Notes: generated by a model from the sequence alone, not told the origin. DNA of 64,000 nt from a bacterium (GCA_037127915.1 JBAXXL010000007.1:27636-91635), one strand, 5' to 3'. Positions 35,706 through 46,242 are shown, numbered from the stretch's first letter. Made by a program: numbers and translations.

Positions 35706-38261
35706 ATGAATGTAACTTTCGAATCAGAAAAATTTAAAGGCCTCTCCGAAAAAGAGGCAAATGCAAAATTAGCATCAGAAGGCTATAATGAGTTAAACTC
35801 ATCGAAGCCGAAAAATATCTTTTCAATTATGATTGGTGTTATCAAAGAGCCAATGTTTATGCTTTTGGTTGCTTGCGGAACATTATACCTAATTCTGGGT
35901 GATGTACAGGAAGGTATTATGCTGTTAGGTTTTGTTTTTGTAATTATGGGTATTGAGTTTTTCCAAGAAAGAAAAACAGAAAAAGCTCTTGATGCTTTAA
36001 AGGATTTAGCCAGCCCCAGAGCTCTGGTTATACGCGATGGAGTAGAGAAACGCATTGCAGGTCGGGAAGTAGTAACCGAAGATATAGTTGTTTTACAAGA
36101 AGGAGACCGAGTACCGGCAGACGGTACCGTACTTTATTCCATTAATTTAAAAGCCGATGAATCACTTTTAACCGGTGAGTCGGTGCCGGTAGATAAAATT
36201 GAATGGGATGGTGTAAAGGAAGATACTGTACCGGGTGGAGATGATTTACCTTTTGTTTACTCTGGATCGATGATTGTTCAAGGTACCGGTATTTATAAAG
36301 TAAGTAGAACAGGAATGAATACTGAGATTGGAAAAATCGGTAAAGCAATAGAAAACGTCAAAGAAGAACCTACAAAATTAAACAAAGAGATGGGTAAACT
36401 AATTAAGAGAATTGCAATTATCGGAGCTATTTTATGTATTCTGGTAGTTGTAGTATTCACGCTAACACGCGGTAGTTTATTGAATGGTTTTTTAGCTGGT
36501 ATAACACTAGCTATGGCTATGTTGCCTGAGGAATTTCCGGTTGTATTGACCATCTTTTTAGCAATAGGTGCTTGGAGAATGTCAAAAAAGAATGTCCTAA
36601 CACGAAAACCTTCCGCTATTGAAACTTTAGGCTCTGCTACTGTACTTTGTACTGATAAAACAGGAACACTAACTCAAAACAAAATGACCATCACTAAACT
36701 ATATAATAGTAATGACATACTAAGTGTTGAAAAAGAATTGCACGATGACTATCACGAAATTATAGAATACGGTATTTTATCGAGCCAAGCCTCTCCATTC
36801 GATCCGATGGAGAAAGCAATTACCAATTTAGGTGACCAATATTTAAAGAATACTGAACACATTCACGAAGATTGGACAATGATAAGAGAGTATTCCCTTT
36901 CCCGTGAGCTCTTAGCTATGTCGCGAGTTTTTAGAAATACTGTTACCCAGGAATTAACTATTGCTTCGAAAGGAGCCCCTGAAGCAATTTTTGATCTATG
37001 CCATCTTGATTCAGAAACTATTAAGAAACACGAAAAAGCTGTTGAAGAAATGGCAGGATCCGGCCTTAGAGTTATCGGTGTTGCAAAAGCATTGATCAAT
37101 TCCAGCGACTTACCCGATATACAACATGATTTTGATTTTGAGTTTATTGGATTAATCGGGCTTACCGACCCAATACGTGAAACAGTCCCAATGGCGGTTA
37201 AAGAGTGCTATGACGCTGGAATACGAGTAATTATGATTACAGGCGATTATCCAATCACGGCTAAAAATATTGCAAAAGAAATTGGATTGACGGATTACGA
37301 TAATTGTATTACCGGCGCTGAACTGACACTTATGAGTGAAGATGAATTAGCCGAAAGAATCAAAAATGTCAATGTGTTTGCTCGGGTTATACCTGAACAA
37401 AAATTGAAAATAGTAAATGCTTTAAAGAAAAATGGCGAAATCGTGGCAATGACCGGTGATGGAGTTAATGATGCACCCGCTCTAAAAGCCGCGAATATTG
37501 GTATCGCAATGGGTGAAAAAGGAACTGATGTTGCGCGCGAAGCTTCGTCGCTTGTTCTAATGGATGATAATTTTTCTTCAATTGTCGGTGCGGTAAGAAT
37601 GGGACGTAGAATATTTGACAACCTTCAAAAAGCTTTGACTTATATCTTTGCTATACATGTTCCTATTGCCGGACTATCATTAATCCCGATTTTCTTTGCA
37701 AAATTGCCGCTACTACTTTGGCCGGTGCATATTGTGTTTCTTGAGCTAATTATAGACCCGGCTTGTTCCATAATTTTCGAAGCTGAAAAAGAAGAGAAAA
37801 ATGTAATGAATAGACCTCCAAAGGATATAAATGAACCATTTTTTGGAGCCAAAAAAATATTTATGAGCTGTTTGCAAGGTGTTGGTATAATGGTATTAGT
37901 ATTTTTGGTTTATTTTTATGGATATTCCAATGGTATGTTGACTGAAAAAATCAGGGCTTTATCTTTTGTTACTTTAATTGCAGGTAATATTGCAGTTATA
38001 TTATCTAATCGCTCTTGGTCTAAAACCATTTTCCAAATAATTGTATCTCCAAATAAAACTGTAAAATGGGTCGTTGGTGGTGCAATAATCTTCTTACTAA
38101 TTATTCTCAATGTTCCTTTTTTACTAAATTTATTCCAGTTTTCCAGTATTTCCTTTTTCGAAGGTCTAATTTGTGCCGTGATCGGTTTTGCTAGCATTGC
38201 TTGGTTTGAGATTTATAAATATTTTAAAATTAAAAGAAATATTAATAGTAGTATAATCTAA
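35706..38261 (+). CDS. Cation-transporting P-type ATPase (P2-type, Ca2+/Mg2+-like)
   Basis: CTDKTGTLTQN phosphorylation motif, MITGDYPITA, TGDGVNDAPALK hinge motif, 10 predicted TM helices, 851 aa. Confidence 0.85.
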   Translation: MNVTFESEKFKGLSEKEANAKLASEGYNELNSSKPKNIFSIMIGVIKEPMFMLLVACGTLYLILGDVQEGIMLLGFVFVIMGIEFFQERKTEKALDALKDLASPRALVIRDGVEKRIAGREVVTEDIVVLQEGDRVPADGTVLYSINLKADESLLTGESVPVDKIEWDGVKEDTVPGGDDLPFVYSGSMIVQGTGIYKVSRTGMNTEIGKIGKAIENVKEEPTKLNKEMGKLIKRIAIIGAILCILVVVVFTLTRGSLLNGFLAGITLAMAMLPEEFPVVLTIFLAIGAWRMSKKNVLTRKPSAIETLGSATVLCTDKTGTLTQNKMTITKLYNSNDILSVEKELHDDYHEIIEYGILSSQASPFDPMEKAITNLGDQYLKNTEHIHEDWTMIREYSLSRELLAMSRVFRNTVTQELTIASKGAPEAIFDLCHLDSETIKKHEKAVEEMAGSGLRVIGVAKALINSSDLPDIQHDFDFEFIGLIGLTDPIRETVPMAVKECYDAGIRVIMITGDYPITAKNIAKEIGLTDYDNCITGAELTLMSEDELAERIKNVNVFARVIPEQKLKIVNALKKNGEIVAMTGDGVNDAPALKAANIGIAMGEKGTDVAREASSLVLMDDNFSSIVGAVRMGRRIFDNLQKALTYIFAIHVPIAGLSLIPIFFAKLPLLLWPVHIVFLELIIDPACSIIFEAEKEEKNVMNRPPKDINEPFFGAKKIFMSCLQGVGIMVLVFLVYFYGYSNGMLTEKIRALSFVTLIAGNIAVILSNRSWSKTIFQIIVSPNKTVKWVVGGAIIFLLIILNVPFLLNLFQFSSISFFEGLICAVIGFASIAWFEIYKYFKIKRNINSSII

Positions 38262-38360
38262 AACAAATAGTAAACTGATTAAATTGGTCGTATTTTTTTC
38301 TAATTAAAAAAATATTTGTAATTTGGTATTGTAAATATATACTATAATTAAAAAGGAAGT

Positions 38361-38735
38361 ATGCTTTTAAATCAAAAGTCCATATTAGTCGCCGAAGATG
38401 AGGATATAAACTTCCTTTATATTAAGGAAGTTTTAAAAACACTTAATGTTAATGTACTACATGCCAGAAATGGTGTCGAAGCTGTTAGCTATTGCAAAAA
38501 TGATAATACTATTGTACTCGTATTGATGGATATTAAAATGCCAATAATGAATGGTTACGAGGCAACAAAAGAAATACGTAGGTTTAAGCCATATTTGGCA
38601 ATTATAGCACAAACAGCTTTCGCGCTTTTAGAAGATAGAAGGCGTACATTGGAATGCGGTTGTAATGACTATATATCAAAGCCTTTCTCTAGAGAAGCTT
38701 TAATCAATTTGATAAAAAAATATTTAAATGGTTGA
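38361..38735 (+). CDS. Stand-alone response regulator receiver (CheY-like) protein
   Basis: ILVAEDEDINFLY...VLMDIKMPIMNGYEATKEIR carries the receiver-domain Asp pocket and phospho-acceptor D; no output domain. Confidence 0.75.
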   Translation: MLLNQKSILVAEDEDINFLYIKEVLKTLNVNVLHARNGVEAVSYCKNDNTIVLVLMDIKMPIMNGYEATKEIRRFKPYLAIIAQTAFALLEDRRRTLECGCNDYISKPFSREALINLIKKYLNG

Positions 38736-38774
38736 TTTTTTTCAGTTTTTTATTTTTAAAAGGATCAATGAAAT

Positions 38775-39491
38775 ATGAGTCAAGAAATTTACCACACACC
38801 AAAAATCAACATTACACCTGAAAACAGTTTTCGCGGTGACGAAATTCGACCAGCGATTTATGATTTAATTAAGAAAGATAAACCGGAGATTACAAAAAAC
38901 TCCATTATCTCCATTGAGGAGCTTAATAAGTACAGGATGCTACATCTGTCTATGATAGTTCAGCAAGAAAAAGGCGACGCTGACAAATTGGATAAAGAGG
39001 TTGTAGAATCAATTGCTAACAACAAGATATTATCAGAAAATATTGAGGATACAGTTGATGATAATTTAACCACTGGACAAAAAGTTGCAGATGAAGTAGC
39101 TAGATTCGGTGGTAGTTGGAAATTCATAATTCTTTTCTTTTCTTTTATTATGGTTTGGATGATTATAAACTTATGGTTTATAATGAGTAAACCATTTGAT
39201 CCTTATCCATTTATACTTTTGAATTTAGTATTATCTTGTTTAGCGGCTATCCAAGCTCCGATTATAATGATGAGCCAGAATCGCCAAGAGGAAAAGGACC
39301 GAATCAGAAACGAACATGATTATAAAGTCAATCTTAAAGCTGAATTGGAAATAAAAATTCTTAATGAAAAAATTGACCACATGATAGTCAATCATAACCG
39401 ACGTTTATTTGAGACACAAGAGATTCTAACTGAAATATTAGATGATATGATGAATGATGTACATAGCTTGATGAAAAATAAGAATGATTAA
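38775..39491 (+). CDS. DUF1003 family membrane protein
   Basis: ARFGGSWKFIILFF...FDPYPFILLNLVLSCLAAIQAPIIMMSQNRQEEKDRIRNEHDYKVNLKAELE matches the DUF1003 pattern. Confidence 0.6.
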   Translation: MSQEIYHTPKINITPENSFRGDEIRPAIYDLIKKDKPEITKNSIISIEELNKYRMLHLSMIVQQEKGDADKLDKEVVESIANNKILSENIEDTVDDNLTTGQKVADEVARFGGSWKFIILFFSFIMVWMIINLWFIMSKPFDPYPFILLNLVLSCLAAIQAPIIMMSQNRQEEKDRIRNEHDYKVNLKAELEIKILNEKIDHMIVNHNRRLFETQEILTEILDDMMNDVHSLMKNKND

Positions 39492-39810
39492 TATGAGTTG
39501 GGTATATTTATTTTTAGCTGGAATATTAGAAGTAGCTTGGGCTGTGGGAATGGTTTATACATCAGGCTGGACTAAATTGACTCCAAGTATATTAACACTA
39601 TTAGCAATGGCTTTAGGCATTTATCTATTATCAATCTCAATAAAAACTATTCCATTGGGAACTGCTTACGCTGTATGGACAGGAATTGGAACAGTTGGAA
39701 CTGTTATTTACGGGATATTGTTTTTTAAGGAGCCGGTGGATATTATTCGCGTAGTGTGTATTTTATTGATAATAATTGGAATAGTTGGGTTGAAGCTATT
39801 CTCTAAATAA
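39484..39810 (+). CDS. sugE: SMR-family small multidrug/guanidinium exporter (SugE/Gdx-like)
   Basis: WVYLFLAGILEVAWAVGMVYTSGWTKL...GTAYAVWTGIGTVGTVIYGILFFKEP, 4 TM, about 105 aa; conserved Glu in TM1. Alternative start 39493 (MSWVY). Confidence 0.75.
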   Translation: MINMSWVYLFLAGILEVAWAVGMVYTSGWTKLTPSILTLLAMALGIYLLSISIKTIPLGTAYAVWTGIGTVGTVIYGILFFKEPVDIIRVVCILLIIIGIVGLKLFSK

Positions 39811-39856
39811 AAAATTAAAGTTATAATTATAATAACAAAAGATTTCGAGGTATACA

Positions 39857-40507
39857 ATGGCAGAATTTGAAAATTATGTTCAAGATGAACAAGATCCAAA
39901 AGTAGTTGAAAAGGTTTTCGGTAAACTAACTGCTTTATTAACTTCCGGTGAAACTATCCAATATATAGCTGTTCAAAAAAAGCCGGTCGCAAACATTACA
40001 CCTGATAGTATTGTATTGACAAATAAACGAATCATCATTTGCAAACCCAAAAACCTGGGTTTAACAATGGAATTTATAGAATATTTTTGGAAAGATGTAA
40101 AGAATTGCCAAATGAAAGAAGAACTTTTTGGTGCCAGCTTCACTATAATCCTATTAAATAATGAGCTTTATCCAATTGACTTTATCCCAAAAATTCAAGC
40201 TCGCCGATTATATAAAATAGCGCAAGAACAAGAAGAACTTCACCGCGAATTAATAAGAGAACGTGATCTTGAAGAAAAAAGAGCGTCAGCTGGAAGCGTA
40301 TATATGACTCCTGCCCCACCGATTCAAGAAAACATTACTCCAATTTCCAAACAGGTACAAGAACTTGAAGCAGAACAGCCGAATATTGAACCAAAGCCGG
40401 ATGAGATTATGAATTCACTTCAAAAATTAAAGACTCTTTTTGAAGCCGGGTTACTAACTCAAGAAGAATTCGAAAATAAAAAAGCCGATATACTATCCAG
40501 ATTTTAG
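39857..40507 (+). CDS. Bacterial PH (bPH_2/YdbT-like) domain protein with C-terminal SHOCT domain
   Basis: GETIQYIAVQKKP...DSIVLTNKRIIICKPKNLGL matches the bPH pattern. C-terminal LQKLKTLFEAGLLTQEEFENKKADILSR matches SHOCT. Confidence 0.6.
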   Translation: MAEFENYVQDEQDPKVVEKVFGKLTALLTSGETIQYIAVQKKPVANITPDSIVLTNKRIIICKPKNLGLTMEFIEYFWKDVKNCQMKEELFGASFTIILLNNELYPIDFIPKIQARRLYKIAQEQEELHRELIRERDLEEKRASAGSVYMTPAPPIQENITPISKQVQELEAEQPNIEPKPDEIMNSLQKLKTLFEAGLLTQEEFENKKADILSRF

Positions 40508-40895
40508 TTTTAATTTCTAAAATATGAGTTATTTTTTGGAATTTCACGGACACAACGTTTCTAATTAAATTCGAATAGCATTATTTTATTGATATGTTGC
40601 TATTTAAACAGATATTGTTTATCACGGTATATCGGATTTTGTCTATAATAATTCCACTATAAGCCTTTATATGATATATTTACGCAATTATCTTAACAAA
40701 AATCTGTAATCAGAGGATTCGTTCAAAGTTCTGTTTTACCTATAATGTTTTCATTATTAGAGACTTCTCTATGAAATATTTTCGATTTTTGCGTGATTTC
40801 AAGGCATTTTTTTACTATGAATGTTTGTTTTTGTTAAATAATATGTAATTTTGAAGATATTGAATCTACAAATAAGAAAATAAAGATATTTATAA

Positions 40896-41990
40896 ATGAT
40901 AAATAAAAGCGTACAATCAGAGGTATTAAAAACCATACCCTCTTTGAAAATCGGCAACTTAGTAATCAACCCACCAATAGTTCAAGGTGGAATGGGTGTA
41001 CGAGTTTCAGGCCCCAATTTAGCCGCCGCCGTTGCTAATGAAGGTGCTGTCGGGACGATAGCAAGTGTCGGCCTTTCTGACTACATAAACAATCCAAATG
41101 CGGCATTTGACGGTCAAACGACCGAGGCGTTGCGAGAAGCAATTCGCCTTGCTAAATCAAAATCTAACGGTGTTATTGCTGTCAATATTCTAGTCGTCTT
41201 ATCTAATTATGAAGATTTAGTTAAGGTCTGTGTCGAAGAAAATGTCGATATAATTGTCTGCGGTTCAGGCTTACCCTTAGATTTACCTAAGTTTACCCAA
41301 GGAACCGACATAAAAATCATACCAATAGTTTCCTCTACCCGAGCGTTTAACATTATTTATCAGAAATGGAAAAAGAATTATAATAAAATCCCGGATGCTG
41401 TTATTGTCGAAGGTGTCGAAGCCGGCGGACACATTGGATTTTCTTATGATGACATAGTTAACCATACAGCTCCCAAACTTGAATCAATAATCGAAGAAAT
41501 GGTTGTATTGATGAAAACTATTAGCGAGGATATTCCAATCATTGCGGCAGGTGGAATTTTTGATGGTAATGACATAGCAAGATTTCTTAAATTAGGTGCC
41601 TCGGGTGTCCAAATGGCTACCCGCTTCGTCTGTACAGACGAATGTGATGTAGATATCAAATTCAAGGAAGCTTATATTACTGCCCAAAAAGACGATTTAG
41701 AAATTATTAAAAGCCCTGTTGGTTTACCTGGTCGAGTTATAAAAAATAATTTTGTTACTCGAATATTAAATGGTGAAACTTCTCCTTTTAATTGCCCTTA
41801 CAGATGTCTTCGTACCTGCAATCCTAAACAAGCACCATATTGTATTGCTCGTGTTCTAAGTAGCTCTGCTCAAGGCATTTTCGAAAATGCTTTCGCATTT
41901 GCCGGTTCTAATGCCTTCAGATGTACTGAAATTGTTTCTGTGAAATCTTTAATTGCTACTTTGAAACGAGAATTATTAGCCGCATATTAG
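40896..41990 (+). CDS. Nitronate monooxygenase family flavoprotein, FabK-like enoyl-ACP reductase II candidate
   Basis: PIVQGGMGVRVSGPNLAAAVANEGAVGTIAS and EGVEAGGHIG motifs of the NMO/FabK TIM-barrel family; adjacent to a KAS III-like gene. Confidence 0.7.
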   Translation: MINKSVQSEVLKTIPSLKIGNLVINPPIVQGGMGVRVSGPNLAAAVANEGAVGTIASVGLSDYINNPNAAFDGQTTEALREAIRLAKSKSNGVIAVNILVVLSNYEDLVKVCVEENVDIIVCGSGLPLDLPKFTQGTDIKIIPIVSSTRAFNIIYQKWKKNYNKIPDAVIVEGVEAGGHIGFSYDDIVNHTAPKLESIIEEMVVLMKTISEDIPIIAAGGIFDGNDIARFLKLGASGVQMATRFVCTDECDVDIKFKEAYITAQKDDLEIIKSPVGLPGRVIKNNFVTRILNGETSPFNCPYRCLRTCNPKQAPYCIARVLSSSAQGIFENAFAFAGSNAFRCTEIVSVKSLIATLKRELLAAY

Positions 41991-42164
41991 AATTCTTAGA
42001 ATTATTAACCCACTATACTTAATGCAAATTAAGATAGAATTATTGACAATTATTATTACTTTATTTTATCATCAATTTTTTATTCATAATTTCATTTTTT
42101 TTTCTAATTGAATATTATTAGATTAATAATTTGAATTTATTTTAATACATGAACAGGTAACATT

Positions 42165-43247
42165 ATGAATGAATTAGTTAATACTATTATAATCGGAACC
42201 GGTAAATTTATTCCGAAAAACATAATCAAAAACATTGATTTTCTTCAAAACGAATTTTATAATGCTAATGGCGAAAAAAACGCCCGCTCGAATGAAGAAA
42301 TCATTCAAAAATTCCAAGAAATAACCGAAATAGAAGAAAGACGTTATGCCGACGATGATCATGTTACATCGGATTTAGCTTATTTTGCCGCTAAAGATGC
42401 TTTAGATTCTTCAAATATAGATATGGAAAGTCTTGATTATATTATTGTTGCTCACAATTTTGGCGACGTAAAAAAAGACAATCCCCGAACAGATATAGTA
42501 CCAACCTTAGCTTCCAGAGTTAAAGCCAAATTAGGAATTATTAACCCTTTAACAATAGCTTATGATATTCCTTTCGGATGTCCGGGCTGGTTACAAGGTG
42601 TAATCCAAGCAAACTATTACATCAAATCAGGTGATGCTAAACGTATTATGATTATTGGTTCAGAAGCATTATCAAGAATTTCTGATCCTCATGATATTGA
42701 CAGCATGATTTATTCCGATGGTGCGGGTGCTGTAATCCTTGAGCAAAAAATCAGTGAAACGGAAACCGGTATTTTAGCGCATCTTACTCGCTCCGATACA
42801 ATTAAGCACGCATCATTATTAACAATGGACTTATCATATAATCCTGATTACGGAAAAGAGACTTTGTTTTTAAAGATGAATGGCCGCAAACTTTATGAAT
42901 ATGCTTTAACAACAGTTCCGGGTGCAATTAAAGCGTGTATTGATAAAGCTGGATTAGAATTAAAAGACATTAAAAAATTGCTCATTCACCAAGCAAATGC
43001 AAAAATGGACGAAGCAATTTTACAAAGATTATTAAAACTTTATAATACAAAAGAAGTGCCGCCATACATAATGCCTATGACAATTGCAAAACTTGGCAAT
43101 AACTCTGTTGCAACATTACCAATATTATTAGATTTACTTTTAAAAGGTGAATTACCTGACCATTCATTGCAATCAGGTGATATAGTTGTGTTTGCTTCAG
43201 TTGGTGCAGGTATGAATGTTAACGCATTTGTTTATAAATTTCCATAG
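42165..43247 (+). CDS. 3-oxoacyl-ACP synthase III (KAS III, FabH-like) family protein
   Basis: Cys in FGCPGWLQG, His in IHQANAKM, Asn in LGNNSVATLP give the Cys-His-Asn triad of the KAS III family. The N-terminal region carries an insertion relative to canonical FabH. Confidence 0.7.
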   Translation: MNELVNTIIIGTGKFIPKNIIKNIDFLQNEFYNANGEKNARSNEEIIQKFQEITEIEERRYADDDHVTSDLAYFAAKDALDSSNIDMESLDYIIVAHNFGDVKKDNPRTDIVPTLASRVKAKLGIINPLTIAYDIPFGCPGWLQGVIQANYYIKSGDAKRIMIIGSEALSRISDPHDIDSMIYSDGAGAVILEQKISETETGILAHLTRSDTIKHASLLTMDLSYNPDYGKETLFLKMNGRKLYEYALTTVPGAIKACIDKAGLELKDIKKLLIHQANAKMDEAILQRLLKLYNTKEVPPYIMPMTIAKLGNNSVATLPILLDLLLKGELPDHSLQSGDIVVFASVGAGMNVNAFVYKFP

Positions 43248-43269
43248 TTAAACAGCTTGGAGAATATTA

Positions 43270-44460
43270 ATGAAATTCATTAGTAGAATCTCGAGAACAG
43301 TTTGGGTTCTATCGCTTGTAAGTTTATTTACAGATATTTCAAGCGAAATGCTCTATCCGATTATGCCGATATATTTAAAAAGTATCGGCTTTTCTATTTT
43401 ACTAATCGGCATTTTAGAAGGTTGCGCAGAAGCTACTGCCGGTTTGAGCAAAGGCTATTTCGGCAAATTGTCGGATATAAAAAACAAACGCCTTCCTTTC
43501 GTTCAATTAGGTTATCTTTTAAGCGCAGTTTCTAAACCTATGATTGCCCTCTTTACAAACGCGTGGTGGGTTTTCTCAGCACGAACCTTGGATAGGTTAG
43601 GCAAAGGTATAAGAACCGGTGCGAGAGACGCTCTGCTATCAGATGAAGCTACTCCCGAAACCAAAGGAACGGTTTTTGGTTTCCACAGGGCAATGGACAC
43701 TGTTGGAGCGGCTATCGGACCAATTGTAGCTCTGACTTTCCTCTATTTCTTCCCCGGGAAATATAGAATCCTGTTTTTTATAGCTTTTCTACCCGGATTG
43801 ATAGGAGTTTTCACAACCCTATTGATAAAAGAAAAGAAATCTCAACCAGTGCCAAGCAAAACGAAGAACACTTTCTTTAGTTTTTTGAAATACCTACCTC
43901 AGAGCCATAAAGAATACAAAATATTACTAATAGGATTGCTCGCGTTTACGTTGTTTAATAGTTCCGATGTATTCTTATTGCTGATGCTTAAGCATCAAGG
44001 TATGAGCGATATAGGATTAATTGGAGTCTATATCTTTTATAACCTTATCTATGCTCTATTCTCCTATCCGGTTGGAATAATAGCCGATAAAATTGGTTTC
44101 AAAAGAATTTTTGTAATTGGATTGATTATATTTAGCGGTGTATATCTGGGAATGGCTTTTAATACAGCCACTTTTGGTTTTTATGCACTATTCTTTTTCT
44201 ATGGAATTTATGCCGCTTGTACAGAAGGAGTTTCAAAAGCTTGGATAAGCAATATTTCCGATAGAAAAGATACTGCCACGGCTATTGGGACTTATGAAGC
44301 ATTTAAAAGTATCGCTACACTGATTGCAAGCTCTGTCGCAGGATTAATTTGGCAATTTAGGGGAGCATCGACTACCTTTATTGTAACAGCTATTGCAGTA
44401 ATATGCGTATCTTTATACTTTATAATAATATCAGGACGTAAGGTAGAAATACCAAAATAA
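43270..44460 (+). CDS. MFS transporter
   Basis: 12 predicted TM helices; the GKLSDIKNKRLPF and DRLGKGIRTGARDALLSD loop motifs are typical of MFS. Confidence 0.75.
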   Translation: MKFISRISRTVWVLSLVSLFTDISSEMLYPIMPIYLKSIGFSILLIGILEGCAEATAGLSKGYFGKLSDIKNKRLPFVQLGYLLSAVSKPMIALFTNAWWVFSARTLDRLGKGIRTGARDALLSDEATPETKGTVFGFHRAMDTVGAAIGPIVALTFLYFFPGKYRILFFIAFLPGLIGVFTTLLIKEKKSQPVPSKTKNTFFSFLKYLPQSHKEYKILLIGLLAFTLFNSSDVFLLLMLKHQGMSDIGLIGVYIFYNLIYALFSYPVGIIADKIGFKRIFVIGLIIFSGVYLGMAFNTATFGFYALFFFYGIYAACTEGVSKAWISNISDRKDTATAIGTYEAFKSIATLIASSVAGLIWQFRGASTTFIVTAIAVICVSLYFIIISGRKVEIPK

Positions 44461-44616
44461 AAAAACAGCTCCAGGGTCAAACAAACAATCGACTGACAAA
44501 TTAATTCTAGTGTGCAAAAACTAAAATGATTGTATGTAACTTGGAGCAGTAATTCTAAATTATTTAATTATAAGGGTGTATATGTAACACCCTTATAAAG
44601 TGTAAAAAAAGGTATA

Positions 44617-46242
44617 TTATCTTGTAATTACTATTTTTGTGGAGGTGGTATAATCATCAACTTTTGTTTTAATTATATAAACACCACTTTCTAAATTAGA
44701 TCCTTCAATTGTGAATGACTTCTCACCTATCGCTAAAATTCCATCATAAATTACTTTCACTATTCTACCGTTAATGTCGCATAATTCAATTTGGATATGT
44801 TTTGTTTCAAGCATGTTAATTACGCATTTGGTAGAACTATTAAACGGATTGGGGTTAACATTAATAGAGAAAATCGAATTATCATCACCAACCGCACCCT
44901 GTCCACTGGCTTTGCCTGTAATAGCAACATCTTTTTGCGGTGTACCTTCATCGTTAGAATAAATCCTCAATGTAGCTGTATAATCTCCAATTTCTAACGG
45001 ATTAAATGTTACATCAATTTGAATAGAATCTTTACCGTCAATATATACAGGACCCGAAAAAGTATTGATTGAAAAGGCTTCTTTATTATTATTCAATAGT
45101 TGAACATTATTAATCTTCAATTCTCCATCACCACTATTTTTAATAGAAAACTTCTTGGTTTTGGAAGAACCCTCTTCTAATAAACCCATATCAAAGCTAG
45201 ATGCACAGCTGATTTGCGGTTTGGAGGAAATCCCCTTACCCGATAAATTTAATGTATAATCTGTATTTGTTTCATCGTTGGATGTAATTACTAATTGAGA
45301 ATTATATTGCTTGCTTTCTTTCGGTGTAAATTTGACAACAACAGTTTCTGTTCTGCCGGCACCGATTTTTAATGGGAATCCCGGATTCATAAACACAAAA
45401 GCCTTGTCAGGATTATTATTTATAACCATTTTACTTATTGACAATACAGCATCACCTGCGTTTTTAATCTTCAATTCGAATTCTTTTGTGGAATCTATTT
45501 CGGCTTCACCAAACTTTATATCTGTATCAATTATATTTATTAGCGGTTTAGGCGTATTACTTGAATCTGCAATACAACGAATACATACACCGATAGATTT
45601 TGGTATGTTCATTAAAACAAATGTCGAAGCACCGATTTCAATTACCGGAGCATTTTCGGCATCGGCTTGTTCTGAAGTGTAGTAATAAGTTCTTGTATCG
45701 GCGGCGGTTGCACTTACTCTAAAACTTCCGGTGAAAGTACATCTGTAGCCTGTTAATAGGGCATTAAAACCGGACGAACCTCCGGTGAGCATAGCAGTTG
45801 CTAGTGTTGGTTGATCTTTAGCTCCAATAGTGGCAAACAGAGTATTCCACTCCGCGTTTGAAGGAATATGCCAACCGTTTGGACAAATTCCACGAGTTGG
45901 AAGTTGAGGTTGTTGGCCTGTATAATTTTGCAGTGCCTCTTTCCATTCGTAAAATCCGCCTCTTTTCATTTGACCATTAGTTCCATCACATCCTTGAGTA
46001 CCGTTATCCCAACAATAACGTTCAATTTTTCCATTATCACTCATTTGATAACCAGCCTGTGTGGACATAATCAGTTCACCCACATTTAAATTTTCGGTCA
46101 TCCACACTTGTGAACCGATTTGTGCCGTTCTATATACTTTGCTATCACGTGGATCGGTGAAGTCTTCGCCTGGAACCCAAGCATACGTAGCAACAGACCA
46201 AAAGCCAATTATTACAGCTATAATTGTAAATAATCTTTTCAT
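44617..46242 (-). CDS. Secreted protein with N-terminal FISUMP domain, Ig-like (ASH-type) domains and T9SS C-terminal sorting domain
   Basis: VWMTENLNV...GFYEWKEA...GWHIPSNAEWNTL...GFNALLTGYR...IRCIAD is a FISUMP-type domain placed at the N-terminus. C-terminal FSINVNPNPFNSSTKCVI...IELCDINGRIV...ESGVYIIKT is a T9SS CTD. Confidence 0.7.
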   Translation of the reverse strand: MKRLFTIIAVIIGFWSVATYAWVPGEDFTDPRDSKVYRTAQIGSQVWMTENLNVGELIMSTQAGYQMSDNGKIERYCWDNGTQGCDGTNGQMKRGGFYEWKEALQNYTGQQPQLPTRGICPNGWHIPSNAEWNTLFATIGAKDQPTLATAMLTGGSSGFNALLTGYRCTFTGSFRVSATAADTRTYYYTSEQADAENAPVIEIGASTFVLMNIPKSIGVCIRCIADSSNTPKPLINIIDTDIKFGEAEIDSTKEFELKIKNAGDAVLSISKMVINNNPDKAFVFMNPGFPLKIGAGRTETVVVKFTPKESKQYNSQLVITSNDETNTDYTLNLSGKGISSKPQISCASSFDMGLLEEGSSKTKKFSIKNSGDGELKINNVQLLNNNKEAFSINTFSGPVYIDGKDSIQIDVTFNPLEIGDYTATLRIYSNDEGTPQKDVAITGKASGQGAVGDDNSIFSINVNPNPFNSSTKCVINMLETKHIQIELCDINGRIVKVIYDGILAIGEKSFTIEGSNLESGVYIIKTKVDDYTTSTKIVITR

